Shown one piece after another: positions 8,155 to 16,970 of a stretch of 32,741 nucleotides of DNA. Under the pieces are notes generated by a model. That model was given only the letters and a program-made list of their open reading frames with translations, did no database searches and was not told where the DNA came from. The DNA comes from an uncultured Candidatus Saccharibacteria bacterium (lineage in GTDB: Bacteria; Patescibacteriota; Minisyncoccia; Sungbacterales; HO2-52-23). Location: positions 1 through 32,741 of the forward strand of contig CAYHJX010000002.1 of assembly GCA_964357005.1 (NCBI GenBank). The letters run 5' to 3'. Each line of letters starts with the position of its first letter. The stretch's first letter is position 1. Both the position numbers and the translations under genes were made by a program.

Positions 8155-9264
8155 ATGGAGCACGTTGCCCTTATTCTCATGCTTGTTGCTACCTCATGGC
8201 AAGCCATACACGTGGTGCTTGGCGGCAAGGTCGTTAATCCGAATAAAAGGATCCTCACGATACAGGAAAGCATCTGGGTAGGTTCTGGAATCGCGTCGCT
8301 CTTTCTTTTCATAAATGCGGTAACATGGTGGCCGCAATTTGCGCTGGGAAACGGCATGAACGTCGGTCTCAAAAGGATAACGGAGATTTTCGTTATTGCA
8401 ATTTTCTGGACCGCGTTTTTTAACCTCTTCATCCAATACGCGAATCAAAGATCAAAAGAACTTGCACCAGTATCATACGTAGCCCCCTACCAGGGGATGA
8501 CACCGTTTCTGATCTCTTTTGCCTTTATCGTCTTCAAAGAATCGCTAAGTGCTGTCGCGTGGACGGGTATTGGAATCATTGCCTTCACCACGTACGTGCA
8601 CGGCAGAGACGATATGCCGCTCCGGATTCCAAGATCGTACCAAGAGGTAAAACAGTGGGGACTTCCCCTTACTCTCGCATGGCGGCTACCGAAAAACTAC
8701 CGTGAGCTTGCTGCACCCGACAGGGCAAAAGCAGAGAATATGCGCCAAGGCGTCCGGTGGGCAATACTAGCCGCAGTATTAGGCACATTCGGACTTATGG
8801 GAGACGGGCTCCTTGCGCGGCACGGAGACGCCGTACTAGGACTTTCAGCAAAATGGGGACTCGTGACAATATTTTATGCGTTCGTATATCCATACTGGAG
8901 ACGCATGCGAGGTATAGAGGCAAACCCCACAATACTGTTTGAGCCGCTCCGGCGGCGCATAGCGGGAAACTGGAAAACGGTACTCACATACGGGGTCTCG
9001 CTTGCACTTCTTGAGGTTCTCGTCGCAATTGCCTTCCGGGTGGCGCCAGTCGCGCACATCGGCAGCATGAAGCGATTCCACATTGTTCTTGTTGCAATCC
9101 TTGCGTGGGTTTTGCTTGGCGAGAAAAAGAAACGACGAATCGCAACTGCTATCGGATTCGGCGTCGGCACGTTCCTTCTCGGACTTGATCCTCACGCACA
9201 AGCCCATACGCTTAATACCGCCGAGGAATATCTCTTGGCCATCAGAGAATTTTTCTCCCGATAA
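8155..9264 (+). CDS. DMT-superfamily (EamA-like) membrane transporter, 5+5 helices
   Basis: 369-aa ORF. It has two blocks of five hydrophobic helices separated by a hydrophilic loop (HGRDDMPLRIPRSYQEVKQW..APDRAKAENMRQG). Each block ends in an EamA-like segment: FAFIVFKESLSAVAWTGIGIIAF and VAILAWVLLGEKKKRRIATAIGFGVGTFLLG. Confidence 0.5.
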   Translation: MEHVALILMLVATSWQAIHVVLGGKVVNPNKRILTIQESIWVGSGIASLFLFINAVTWWPQFALGNGMNVGLKRITEIFVIAIFWTAFFNLFIQYANQRSKELAPVSYVAPYQGMTPFLISFAFIVFKESLSAVAWTGIGIIAFTTYVHGRDDMPLRIPRSYQEVKQWGLPLTLAWRLPKNYRELAAPDRAKAENMRQGVRWAILAAVLGTFGLMGDGLLARHGDAVLGLSAKWGLVTIFYAFVYPYWRRMRGIEANPTILFEPLRRRIAGNWKTVLTYGVSLALLEVLVAIAFRVAPVAHIGSMKRFHIVLVAILAWVLLGEKKKRRIATAIGFGVGTFLLGLDPHAQAHTLNTAEEYLLAIREFFSR

Positions 9265-9268
9265 CGAA

Positions 9269-9307
9269 ATCCGCGCGCAGCAGCTTGCACGCGGATATTT
9301 TCATTTT
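9269..9307. terminator. Candidate bidirectional intrinsic terminator between convergent genes
   Basis: ATCCGCG (9269-9275) pairs with CGCGGAT (9290-9296), with a 14-nt loop. On the + strand ATTTTCATTTT follows. On the minus strand the same hairpin is followed by TTCGTTAT. It sits in the 57-bp gap between stops 9264 (+) and 9322 (-). Confidence 0.45.
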
Positions 9308-9321
9308 GGGAATCTCTTTCG

Positions 9322-10797
9322 TCACGCCCTTTCTGAATCGTAATCTATACTTATCTGCTTCCATTCAGAATAAAAATCAAGTGCTTGTGTTCCGGGCTCG
9401 CGCCAGCCGTTTCCGGAAAGCCCGACGCCGCCGAAGGGCATATGGGGCTCGGAACCGTGTGTTGGCCCATTTACGCGGACTACTCCTGCATGGTAGCGCC
9501 GCACGAATTCCTCGGCGCGATCGAGTGATGAGGTATGGATTGCGCCCGAGAGCTTGAATTTTGAATCATTCGCAAGGCGAATCGCTTCCTCCAAATTTTT
9601 TACGCGATATAGGACGACGACTGGCCCGAATACTTCTTTTTGCGAAATTTCGTCTTTCGGCGATACTCGTTCAAAAACCGTAGGCGCAATAAAATATCCG
9701 TTTTTATGCGCGTCGTCAGCGAGCCGCATGCCGCCTGCAAGGATCACGCCGCGCCGGCGTTTTGCTCCATCGATTGCGCGTAAAATTTCACGCATGCGCT
9801 TTTCGGAAATAATTGCGCCATAGTCGTCGGTATCCGCAGTGCCGACTTTTAGAGCGCTTACTTTCTGAAGAAAAAGTTTTTTGAACTTTTCATATACTCT
9901 TTCAAAAACGATTATGCGCGACGCGGCAGCGCATCGCTGACCTCCATCAACAAAAGCCGCGTCCACCGCCGTAGACACCGCTCGCTCCAAATCCGCGTCG
10001 TCGCACACCACAAAAGGATTTTTCCCTCCCGCTTCAATCGAAACTTTTGCGAGGCGCGATGCAGTTGCTTTCAAAATCTTTTCTCCGGTTGCGGTTGAGC
10101 CCGTAAGACTTACAAACTCAACGCGCGGATCCGCGACCAAGGGCGCGCCGACATCCGGCCCTGTTCCCTGGAGCACGGAAAGAACTCCCGCGGAAATCCC
10201 CACTTCCTTAAAAACCTTTGCATACCACACCGCGACATACGGAGTATATTCATGCGATTTCATAATAACAGCATTTCCGCACAGAAGCGCGGGAAAAAGT
10301 TTCCATGCGATTCCGGCCGCGGGATTGTTGTAGGGCGTGATAAGCGTGCCGATGCCAACGGGCTCGCGCACAAGAAATACTCGGCGATTCGGCACCGCCG
10401 TAGGAATGACTTCCCCAAAAAACCTTCTGCCTTCTCCTGCAAAGAAAAATCCGCATTCGATCGCGGCCTCCACCTCTCCCAAAGAATGTTTTTTCGATTT
10501 CCCGGATTCTAACGCAACAATTTCCGCAAGTTCCTCTTTTTGCTCTCGCATACGAAGCACCGCTTCTCTCAAGATTTTTGCGCGCTCTACAATAGAAATC
10601 TTAGACCATACATCATATCCTTTTTCTGCTGATCTGATTGCTTTTTCAACGTCTCGAACATTTCCTCGTGCAACCTGGGAAACAATCTCACCGGACGCCG
10701 GATTACATTTCAAAAAAAATTTCCCTCCGGAGGGTCGAACTTCCCGATTATCAATCCAATGAAAAACTTTCTTCGGGTAATGTGTCATATATATCAT
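9322..10797 (-). CDS. NAD(P)+-dependent aldehyde dehydrogenase family protein
   Basis: 491-aa ORF. Motifs: FPALLCGNAVIMKSHEYTP, SLTGSTATGEKI, VSIEAGGKNPFVV (the E-x-G-G-K glutamate box), and DGGQRCAAASRIIV (catalytic Cys context). TAATG stop/start overlap with the upstream GT2 at 10795-10799. Confidence 0.88.
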   Translation of the reverse strand: MIYMTHYPKKVFHWIDNREVRPSGGKFFLKCNPASGEIVSQVARGNVRDVEKAIRSAEKGYDVWSKISIVERAKILREAVLRMREQKEELAEIVALESGKSKKHSLGEVEAAIECGFFFAGEGRRFFGEVIPTAVPNRRVFLVREPVGIGTLITPYNNPAAGIAWKLFPALLCGNAVIMKSHEYTPYVAVWYAKVFKEVGISAGVLSVLQGTGPDVGAPLVADPRVEFVSLTGSTATGEKILKATASRLAKVSIEAGGKNPFVVCDDADLERAVSTAVDAAFVDGGQRCAAASRIIVFERVYEKFKKLFLQKVSALKVGTADTDDYGAIISEKRMREILRAIDGAKRRRGVILAGGMRLADDAHKNGYFIAPTVFERVSPKDEISQKEVFGPVVVLYRVKNLEEAIRLANDSKFKLSGAIHTSSLDRAEEFVRRYHAGVVRVNGPTHGSEPHMPFGGVGLSGNGWREPGTQALDFYSEWKQISIDYDSERA

Positions 10798-11711
10798 TAC
10801 TTCCTCTGAACGATTCGCTTCGCGAGCGAATACACTTCTGGAAAATCAAAAATGATGACGAAAGGAATAATATGTTTCAGAAATCGCGGATACGCATACA
10901 TTAAAAATCCAAACTTCCTCGTTACGGGAATTACGGGAGAACGGAGTATCCGATCAAAAACAATACGCGCATACCGGATATGCCTTGTCCGTTTCCCTCC
11001 TCCATAGGCCTTTCCAACCTCGGGATCATCTTTATAACGCTCTTTGATACTCTTTCGATACATCGTTTTTGAAAATAAAATATCGGGCGCCGAATAAAAA
11101 TGGGTGGAAAGAGCAGCTTCCGCGGCTATAACATGATCAAATTTAATACAGTCGGGATGAGGCCGCCGCATAATACTCTTAAGAAGCGCTGTACGGAAAA
11201 GGCCGAAACTAAGGAAGTAACTCACTTTCGGGCCAGGGAGCAATGCAAGCTTGAACACATCATAATATCCTAACCGCGTAATATCATACTTCCCAATAAA
11301 ATAGAACTCATCCATGAGTACTCCATCGTTGTATACGCGCCGGTAAGAACTCATCGCAACGCCATAATCCGGACGCGCATCAAGTGCCTTCTTCATGGTT
11401 TCAACATATGTCGGGGCCCACCAATCATCGTCGTACGCCCACATGAAATACTCACCCCGCGCCTCCTCGAGAACAAACCGGAAATTATGGAGCTGTCCCA
11501 TATTCTCTTCTTGTCGAATATACCGTACTCTCGGATCGCGCAAGGCATATTCTTTGCATATACGCTCTGTTTCGTCGTCCGAAGCATTATCCGACACAAT
11601 AACCTCTATATGCCGGTACGTTTGCGACAGTAATACATCAAAAATTCGCGGGAGGAACTGCGCACGATTGTATACCGGAAGTCCGATGCTTACAAATCCT
11701 TTAATCTTCAT
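10797..11711 (-). CDS. GT2 (GT-A fold) glycosyltransferase, soluble type
   Basis: 304-aa ORF. Motifs: VSIGLPVYNRAQFLPRIFDVLLSQTY..IEVIVSDNASDDETERIC..YIRQEENMG and FMWAYDDDWW (acidic DxD-type box). No C-terminal TM helices. Confidence 0.8.
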   Translation of the reverse strand: MKIKGFVSIGLPVYNRAQFLPRIFDVLLSQTYRHIEVIVSDNASDDETERICKEYALRDPRVRYIRQEENMGQLHNFRFVLEEARGEYFMWAYDDDWWAPTYVETMKKALDARPDYGVAMSSYRRVYNDGVLMDEFYFIGKYDITRLGYYDVFKLALLPGPKVSYFLSFGLFRTALLKSIMRRPHPDCIKFDHVIAAEAALSTHFYSAPDILFSKTMYRKSIKERYKDDPEVGKAYGGGKRTRHIRYARIVFDRILRSPVIPVTRKFGFLMYAYPRFLKHIIPFVIIFDFPEVYSLAKRIVQRK

Positions 11712-11714
11712 ATC

Positions 11715-12500
11715 CTACCTGATGCGTTTAAGAAATCCTCCGGGTGCCACGGTAACAAATAGCGACTTTTCTATTTTGTTGTCAATAATAAAATTCTTGT
11801 GTGCTTTTACAAATGCCCGCACTGCGGTCATCGGATTATTGCCGATGCCCCACGGGCGCTTTTTTGAATATTCTCGCGGCATGTATTCAACGATTGTATC
11901 ACATGCAACGATATAACTCCCTTTTGTCACAAACGGCGAGTAGAGTTCGAGCTCTTTCAAAACGTGATCATGCGTGTGGTTTGAATCAAGCAACACTAAA
12001 ACAGCTTTTGCTTCGCCGACTTCGCTACGCACGCGGGAAATAACATTCGGCGCTATTGATGACCCTTCAATAAGAGCAATGCGGCGAAATAGTGGGTGTT
12101 TCTCAATAAGCTTCCGATTGTGTCTTCGAATATCAATATCAATACCGATGACCTTTCCCGTTCCAAGAAGCTCACAAAGAGATGCATAAAAGACAAGAGA
12201 ACCGCCATGCGCGATTCCCGTCTCAACAATTACGTCGGGCCGAAGATTAAAGATCATATCCTGCATACGAATCATATCGTACGGATTCTGAATTGCCGGC
12301 ATGCCAAGCCAACGTACCTCGTAATCGAGTTTATTTCGAAGCGCAATCGTGAGCCACCGAATCGCTTCTTGTTTGAGCTTCCTTGTTTCCTTGCGTTTTC
12401 TCCGCAACACAAAACGGGATAGATGCTCGATCTCTTTTTGCGTCGGAAAATGGTATTTCTTAGCCACGGCGCAAAAATGAAACATAATCCTCAACCCCAT
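11715..12500 (-). CDS. Cephalosporin-hydroxylase (CmcI) family methyltransferase, sugar O-methyltransferase-like
   Basis: 261-aa ORF. Motifs: WLGMPAIQNPYDMIRMQDMIFNLRPDVIVETGIAHGGSLVFYASL..GKVIGIDIDIR and VLLDSNHTHDHV, characteristic of PF04989-type proteins. The start is uncertain: ATG 12500 or ATG 12485. Both overlap the 3' end of the upstream gene. Confidence 0.72.
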   Translation of the reverse strand: MGLRIMFHFCAVAKKYHFPTQKEIEHLSRFVLRRKRKETRKLKQEAIRWLTIALRNKLDYEVRWLGMPAIQNPYDMIRMQDMIFNLRPDVIVETGIAHGGSLVFYASLCELLGTGKVIGIDIDIRRHNRKLIEKHPLFRRIALIEGSSIAPNVISRVRSEVGEAKAVLVLLDSNHTHDHVLKELELYSPFVTKGSYIVACDTIVEYMPREYSKKRPWGIGNNPMTAVRAFVKAHKNFIIDNKIEKSLFVTVAPGGFLKRIR

Positions 12501-13329
12501 CCTGCCACGACGGCATCAAAATTCCGAAACCTTCCGCTTTGTGAGAATCAAGCACAGAATAGAGCGGCCTCCGAATACCAGTTGATTCCTCACCGCGCCT
12601 GACAGGAACAAGCTCCTTTTGTATATCCATACGGCGATACACTTCTTTCGCACATTCGTACCAGCTGCACGATCCGCGATTTGCAAGGTGATACAATCCG
12701 GGATCTGCCGATGTTTCCAAAAAAGATAATACCGCGCGAGCAAGATGGTCAGCGTATGTCGGATTTGCGAATTGGTCTTCGGCAACTTCAATTCGATCCT
12801 TTCCTTCTGCTTCCTTCAAAATATTTAAAACAAAATTTCCTTTTTGCGGACTTCCTATTTTCCCTCCGTAGAGTCCGTTTGTCCGAATAATGTATGCGCC
12901 TTCGGGATACATGCTTCTCGCACCATATTCCCCGGCAAGCTTCGTGATGCCGTACATTTGGAGCGGATTCGGAACATCATCTTCGGTGTATGGCGCATTC
13001 TTTCGGCCATCAAATACATAATCAGTGCTGAATGTGACAAACCGAATGCGATGCATCCTTGAGAGTTTCGCGAGATTCCGTACGGCAACGCAATTGACTG
13101 AAAAAGCTTTGACGGATTCTTTTTCGCACAAAGAAACCGCATTATATGCGGCGGTATTTATAAGAATATCCGGCTTTTCGTCCTTAGTCCTCTTCTCTGA
13201 AAGAACTTCATCCGTAATATCAAATTCCTCCCGATTGAAAGAAACTATTGAAAAACGGGAACCGCGACCAGCACGCTCAAAAGCACCCGCCAACTGCCCC
13301 CCTTTTCCAATGACAAGAATTTTTTTCAT
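12460..13329 (-). CDS. NDP-4-keto-6-deoxyhexose 4-reductase (RmlD / dTDP-4-dehydrorhamnose reductase family)
   Basis: I trimmed the start to ATG 13329 (MKKILVIGKGGQLAGAF...). That is 7 nt after the RmlC-like stop, whereas the track start 13449 would overlap that gene by 113 nt. Motifs: INTAAYNAV, FSTDYVFDG, PLQMYGITKLAGE (Y-x-x-x-K). Confidence 0.82.
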   Translation of the reverse strand: MKKILVIGKGGQLAGAFERAGRGSRFSIVSFNREEFDITDEVLSEKRTKDEKPDILINTAAYNAVSLCEKESVKAFSVNCVAVRNLAKLSRMHRIRFVTFSTDYVFDGRKNAPYTEDDVPNPLQMYGITKLAGEYGARSMYPEGAYIIRTNGLYGGKIGSPQKGNFVLNILKEAEGKDRIEVAEDQFANPTYADHLARAVLSFLETSADPGLYHLANRGSCSWYECAKEVYRRMDIQKELVPVRRGEESTGIRRPLYSVLDSHKAEGFGILMPSWQDGVEDYVSFLRRG

Positions 13330-13336
13330 GCATTTC

Positions 13337-13861
13337 TCAAAAAAGCGGCCATGACCCATCCTTTTCGCTCGCCAAAGGATGCTCGATTGGCCATGTGATT
13401 TGGAATACCGGATCGTTCCATCGGACTCCTGACGCGCATTCGGGAACATAGAACTCGGACATCAAATATTGAACCTCGCAATCATCGGTAAGCGTCTGAA
13501 AACCATGCGCAAAACCCCTTGGAATATAAAACAGTTTTTTCTCATCACCTTTCAGTTCTACTGCATACCATTTTCCAAACGTCGGCGAGCTATCTCGTAA
13601 GTCAAGCGCAACATCATAAATCGCTCCTTTCACGCACTGGACAATTTTATCCTCCTCCTTCGGAGGCCGCTGAAAATGCATTCCCCGGATAGTTCCCTTT
13701 TTTGCAGTAAAGGAGATACTCGCCTGTACAATGTCAAATCGGATGCCGTGTTTCTCAAATTCGTTCTTGCAAAAAATACGCGTAAAATATCCCCGGGGAT
13801 CTCCGCGGAGCTCCGACTCTATCACAAATAATCCGTTAAGTGGTGTAGATAAAAAAATCAT
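13337..13861 (-). CDS. NDP-4-keto-6-deoxyhexose 3,5-epimerase (RmlC cupin family)
   Basis: 174-aa ORF. Motifs: GDPRGYFTRIFCKNEF, GTIRGMHFQ, KIVQCVKGAIYDVALDLR, FYIPRGFAHGFQTL, VRWNDP. These are the canonical RmlC blocks. Confidence 0.88.
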   Translation of the reverse strand: MIFLSTPLNGLFVIESELRGDPRGYFTRIFCKNEFEKHGIRFDIVQASISFTAKKGTIRGMHFQRPPKEEDKIVQCVKGAIYDVALDLRDSSPTFGKWYAVELKGDEKKLFYIPRGFAHGFQTLTDDCEVQYLMSEFYVPECASGVRWNDPVFQITWPIEHPLASEKDGSWPLF

Positions 13862-13866
13862 CGACG

Positions 13867-15081
13867 CTAGACTATTTTTACTTTCGGGACAGGAATAATA
13901 AATTTTCCTCCTCTTCGGCGAAACAATTCCAATTCTTTCATGGCAAGCACTTCAGGATAAATATTCCAACAAAGGACGATAAGATAATCAGGATGCATTT
14001 CGGTAATCTTGTCGAGTCCAAACACTTTCATATGAGTCCCGGGCGTGTAGAGTCCTTGTTTTGCGGGAGATTTGTCAACAATATAGTCGAGGTAATTTTT
14101 CCCGATACCGAAATAATTAAGAAGTATATTTCCTTTTGCAGGCGCGCTGTATGCGGCAATCCTTTTCCCGGTACTCGTTAAGTCCTGCAGTAACGAAATA
14201 AGTTCTTTCCGTGCTTTTTCTGCTTTCGCGCGAATGAGCGAATATGTTTCACTTTTGTCGTATCCCCGATCATACTCTTGATGGAAGAATGACGTTAACC
14301 GTTCGCTCTCTGGAAATATCCCCTCATGCGAAACAAAAATCCTCACTGATCCGCCCTGCATATCTACCATATGGGCGTCGTAAAGCGCAAGACCCGCATG
14401 TGCGAAAAGATTCCTCAATGCGAGAAGCGAATAGTAAAATACATGTTCATGGTAAATCGTATCAAACTTGCCCTCGAAAAGACCTTCAATATAGGGAAAT
14501 TCAAATACCGCGGAGCCATGCGGCGCAAGGACGATTTTTACTCCCTCCACAAAATCACGGATCAAAGGAACATGGGCAAGCACGTTTACGCCGAAAAAAA
14601 GATCTGCCCGAATTCCTTTTTCGGAAAGCCGGCGTGCAAGGGCGGCGGTAAAAAATTCAGGAATCGTTTCAATTCCGCCTTTATTCGCAATCTTCGCAAT
14701 ATTTTCCGCCGGATCAATACCGAGTGTTCGCACGCAAAGCGCCTTGAATTCCCGCAAAAGCACGCCGTCATTACTTCCCGCCTCGACAACTAAATGATCT
14801 TTGGTGAGGCCAAATCGTTCCGAAAGGGTTGATGCGGTTTTCTTCGAATGCTCGACTACCGTGGCAGAGACAGACGATGCATAGAGGTATGTTCGAAAAA
14901 GTTCTTCCGGCGGGACGGCATCAACAAGCTGCACTAAAAAACAGGACGGGCAAAAGCCGACCTCCAATGGATATCTTTTTTCGTGTACCAGTTCTCTCTC
15001 GCCGAGAAACGAGTTTACAAGTGGCATCGTTCCGAGCGAGAAAAATGGAGTTATCTTCAATTCACACGATCGACAATCCAT
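13867..15081 (-). CDS. NDP-hexose C-methyltransferase (TylC3 / NovU-type; Zn-ribbon + class I SAM MT + C-MT C-terminal domain)
   Basis: I trimmed the start to ATG 15081 (MDCRSCELKITPFFSLGTMPLVNSFL..GFCPSCFLVQL, a C-x-x-C...C-x-x-C zinc-ribbon domain). That is 5 nt after the RfbG stop. The SAM core is LVVEAGSNDGVLL, and the C-terminal part ends VLCWNIYPEV. Confidence 0.78.
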   Translation of the reverse strand: MDCRSCELKITPFFSLGTMPLVNSFLGERELVHEKRYPLEVGFCPSCFLVQLVDAVPPEELFRTYLYASSVSATVVEHSKKTASTLSERFGLTKDHLVVEAGSNDGVLLREFKALCVRTLGIDPAENIAKIANKGGIETIPEFFTAALARRLSEKGIRADLFFGVNVLAHVPLIRDFVEGVKIVLAPHGSAVFEFPYIEGLFEGKFDTIYHEHVFYYSLLALRNLFAHAGLALYDAHMVDMQGGSVRIFVSHEGIFPESERLTSFFHQEYDRGYDKSETYSLIRAKAEKARKELISLLQDLTSTGKRIAAYSAPAKGNILLNYFGIGKNYLDYIVDKSPAKQGLYTPGTHMKVFGLDKITEMHPDYLIVLCWNIYPEVLAMKELELFRRRGGKFIIPVPKVKIV

Positions 15082-15086
15082 GGAAA

Positions 15087-16172
15087 TCAGGAGAAAAATG
15101 CTGCAATATTTTTTTCGACAAGCGCCTCTGGCGATGCATGGCCACCATAGTAGTCCGTATACCAATTGACAGTGGTTCGAATGGCATCATCAATAACAAA
15201 CCGCGGCCTCCACCCCAAAAGGTCTCGGGCGCGTGAGGAATCCAATGTAAGAACTGGGGCTTCTCGCAATGATGCATCGGGAACAACTTCATATTCGCCT
15301 TTCCCGAGAATCGAAAAAACCTTTTTTACAACATCCTCTACGGAAACGAAACTTTCTTCGCTCGGACCGAAATTCCACGCGCCAACCGCCTTTGTATCGC
15401 CGGTATACAAGAGTTGCGAAAGAAGAAGATAGCCATGGAGCGGCTCAAGAACATACTGCCAGGGACGGATGGAAAGCGGGTTTCGTATCACTACTTTTTC
15501 TTTCTTTTCGTACACCGATCGAAGAATATCCGGGAAAAGACGGTCTTTTCCCCAATCGCCACCTCCAATAACATTTCCCGCGCGGACCACGGCGCCGAGC
15601 GTCCGATGTGTTTTTCCAAAATTATCAGGATGAAAATACGACTCTATGTAGGCGTTCGCGGCAATATCTGCTGCGGCCTTGCTCGCGCTATACGGATCAT
15701 GGCCCCCCAAAGGATTATTCTCCTTATACGGATCTGTTCCTTGAGAATCGTCATAGACCTTATCGGTTGTCACAACAACAAACGCGCGAAGTGACCCCGC
15801 TCTTCGCGCCGCCTCAAGAACATTCACCGTTCCCATGACATTGGTGGAAAACGTGGCAAGCGGATCTCGATATCCTTCCCTCACAAGCGGCTGCGCGGCA
15901 AGATGAAAAATAATCTCCGGCTTTTCCTTACGGAGAATATCGTACACAGGAATAAAATCCCGTATGTCAGCAAAATGATTCCTTATGTTTTCTCTGAGGC
16001 CTACCAGATCAAATAAATTCGGAGTGGTGTCTGGAAGAAGCGAAATCCCGGAAACGTCTGCGCCCCATCGGTGCAACACAGAAGCGAGCCACCCCCCCTT
16101 AAAGCCGGTATGCCCGGTGATGAGAATTTTTTTCCGGGCGAAAAATTTTTTCAATTCATCCATAGACATCAT
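15087..16172 (-). CDS. rfbG: CDP-glucose 4,6-dehydratase
   Basis: Motifs: KILITGHTGFKGGWLASVLHRWGADVSGISL, PYSASKAAADIAANAY (Y-x-x-x-K), RAGNVIGGGDW. I chose ATG 16172 as the start because it forms an ATGA overlap with the rfbF stop. The track GTG start at 16190, or ATG at 16181, 16169 or 16163, are also possible. Confidence 0.88.
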   Translation of the reverse strand: MMSMDELKKFFARKKILITGHTGFKGGWLASVLHRWGADVSGISLLPDTTPNLFDLVGLRENIRNHFADIRDFIPVYDILRKEKPEIIFHLAAQPLVREGYRDPLATFSTNVMGTVNVLEAARRAGSLRAFVVVTTDKVYDDSQGTDPYKENNPLGGHDPYSASKAAADIAANAYIESYFHPDNFGKTHRTLGAVVRAGNVIGGGDWGKDRLFPDILRSVYEKKEKVVIRNPLSIRPWQYVLEPLHGYLLLSQLLYTGDTKAVGAWNFGPSEESFVSVEDVVKKVFSILGKGEYEVVPDASLREAPVLTLDSSRARDLLGWRPRFVIDDAIRTTVNWYTDYYGGHASPEALVEKNIAAFFS

Positions 16173-16936
16173 GCTTCCCATACTGCCCACGGCCGCCCCT
16201 CACCCCACAACCGATTTAAATCCTCCATTTCCGTATAGGTATCCATTGACTTCCAAAATCCGGTATGCTCATACACGGAAAGCTCGTTATCCTGTATGAG
16301 CCGTGGAAACGCATTTTCCATGGGCCCGGCATCAAAATAGTCAAATGCTTTTTTGCTAAACACCATGAATCCGCCGTTTACGTAGTCATTCACCATTGGT
16401 TTTTGCTGGAATCCAGTCGCGCGCCTCGACGATCGATCAATCGTGATGATACCGTATTTCGAATACGGATGCACCGCAGTAAGCGTCGCAAGCGTACCCT
16501 GATTTCTATGAAATCGAACAAGATCCTGAATATCAATGTCACCGACCGCGTCGCCGTACGTCACCATAAATTCATCCTCGGTGATATATTTTTTCGTTTG
16601 CAAAAGTCGCTCGCCTGTGATGGTTTCAAGCCCTGTATCCGCGAACGTAATTTTAAAATCGTCGAAATTGCCCGTATTATGGAAATCAATTTCATTCCGC
16701 GCGTGATGAAGAGTAAAATCGTTTGAAAATGCCCGATGATTCAGGAAATATTCCTTTACCATGTTTCCTTTATACCCAAGAGCAAGCACAAAGCGACTAA
16801 ACCCATAATGGGAGTAAATCTTCATAATATGCCAGAGCATGGGTCGCCCCCCAATTTCCACCATTGGTTTTGGCTTGAATTCTGTTTCTTCCTTCATGCG
16901 GGTTCCTCGCCCGCCGCAGAGAATAATTGTCTTCAT
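16169..16936 (-). CDS. rfbF: Glucose-1-phosphate cytidylyltransferase
   Basis: 255-aa ORF. MKTIILCGGRGTRMKEETEFKPKPMVEIGGRPMLWHIMKIYSHYGFSRFVLALGYKG and the C-terminal HTGFWKSMDTYTEMEDLNRLW match my memory of RfbF/DdhA closely. Size is also typical. Confidence 0.92.
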   Translation of the reverse strand: MKTIILCGGRGTRMKEETEFKPKPMVEIGGRPMLWHIMKIYSHYGFSRFVLALGYKGNMVKEYFLNHRAFSNDFTLHHARNEIDFHNTGNFDDFKITFADTGLETITGERLLQTKKYITEDEFMVTYGDAVGDIDIQDLVRFHRNQGTLATLTAVHPYSKYGIITIDRSSRRATGFQQKPMVNDYVNGGFMVFSKKAFDYFDAGPMENAFPRLIQDNELSVYEHTGFWKSMDTYTEMEDLNRLWGEGRPWAVWEA

Positions 16937-16970
16937 ATGATGTGAATGTTTGTATAAAGATTACTCATAT

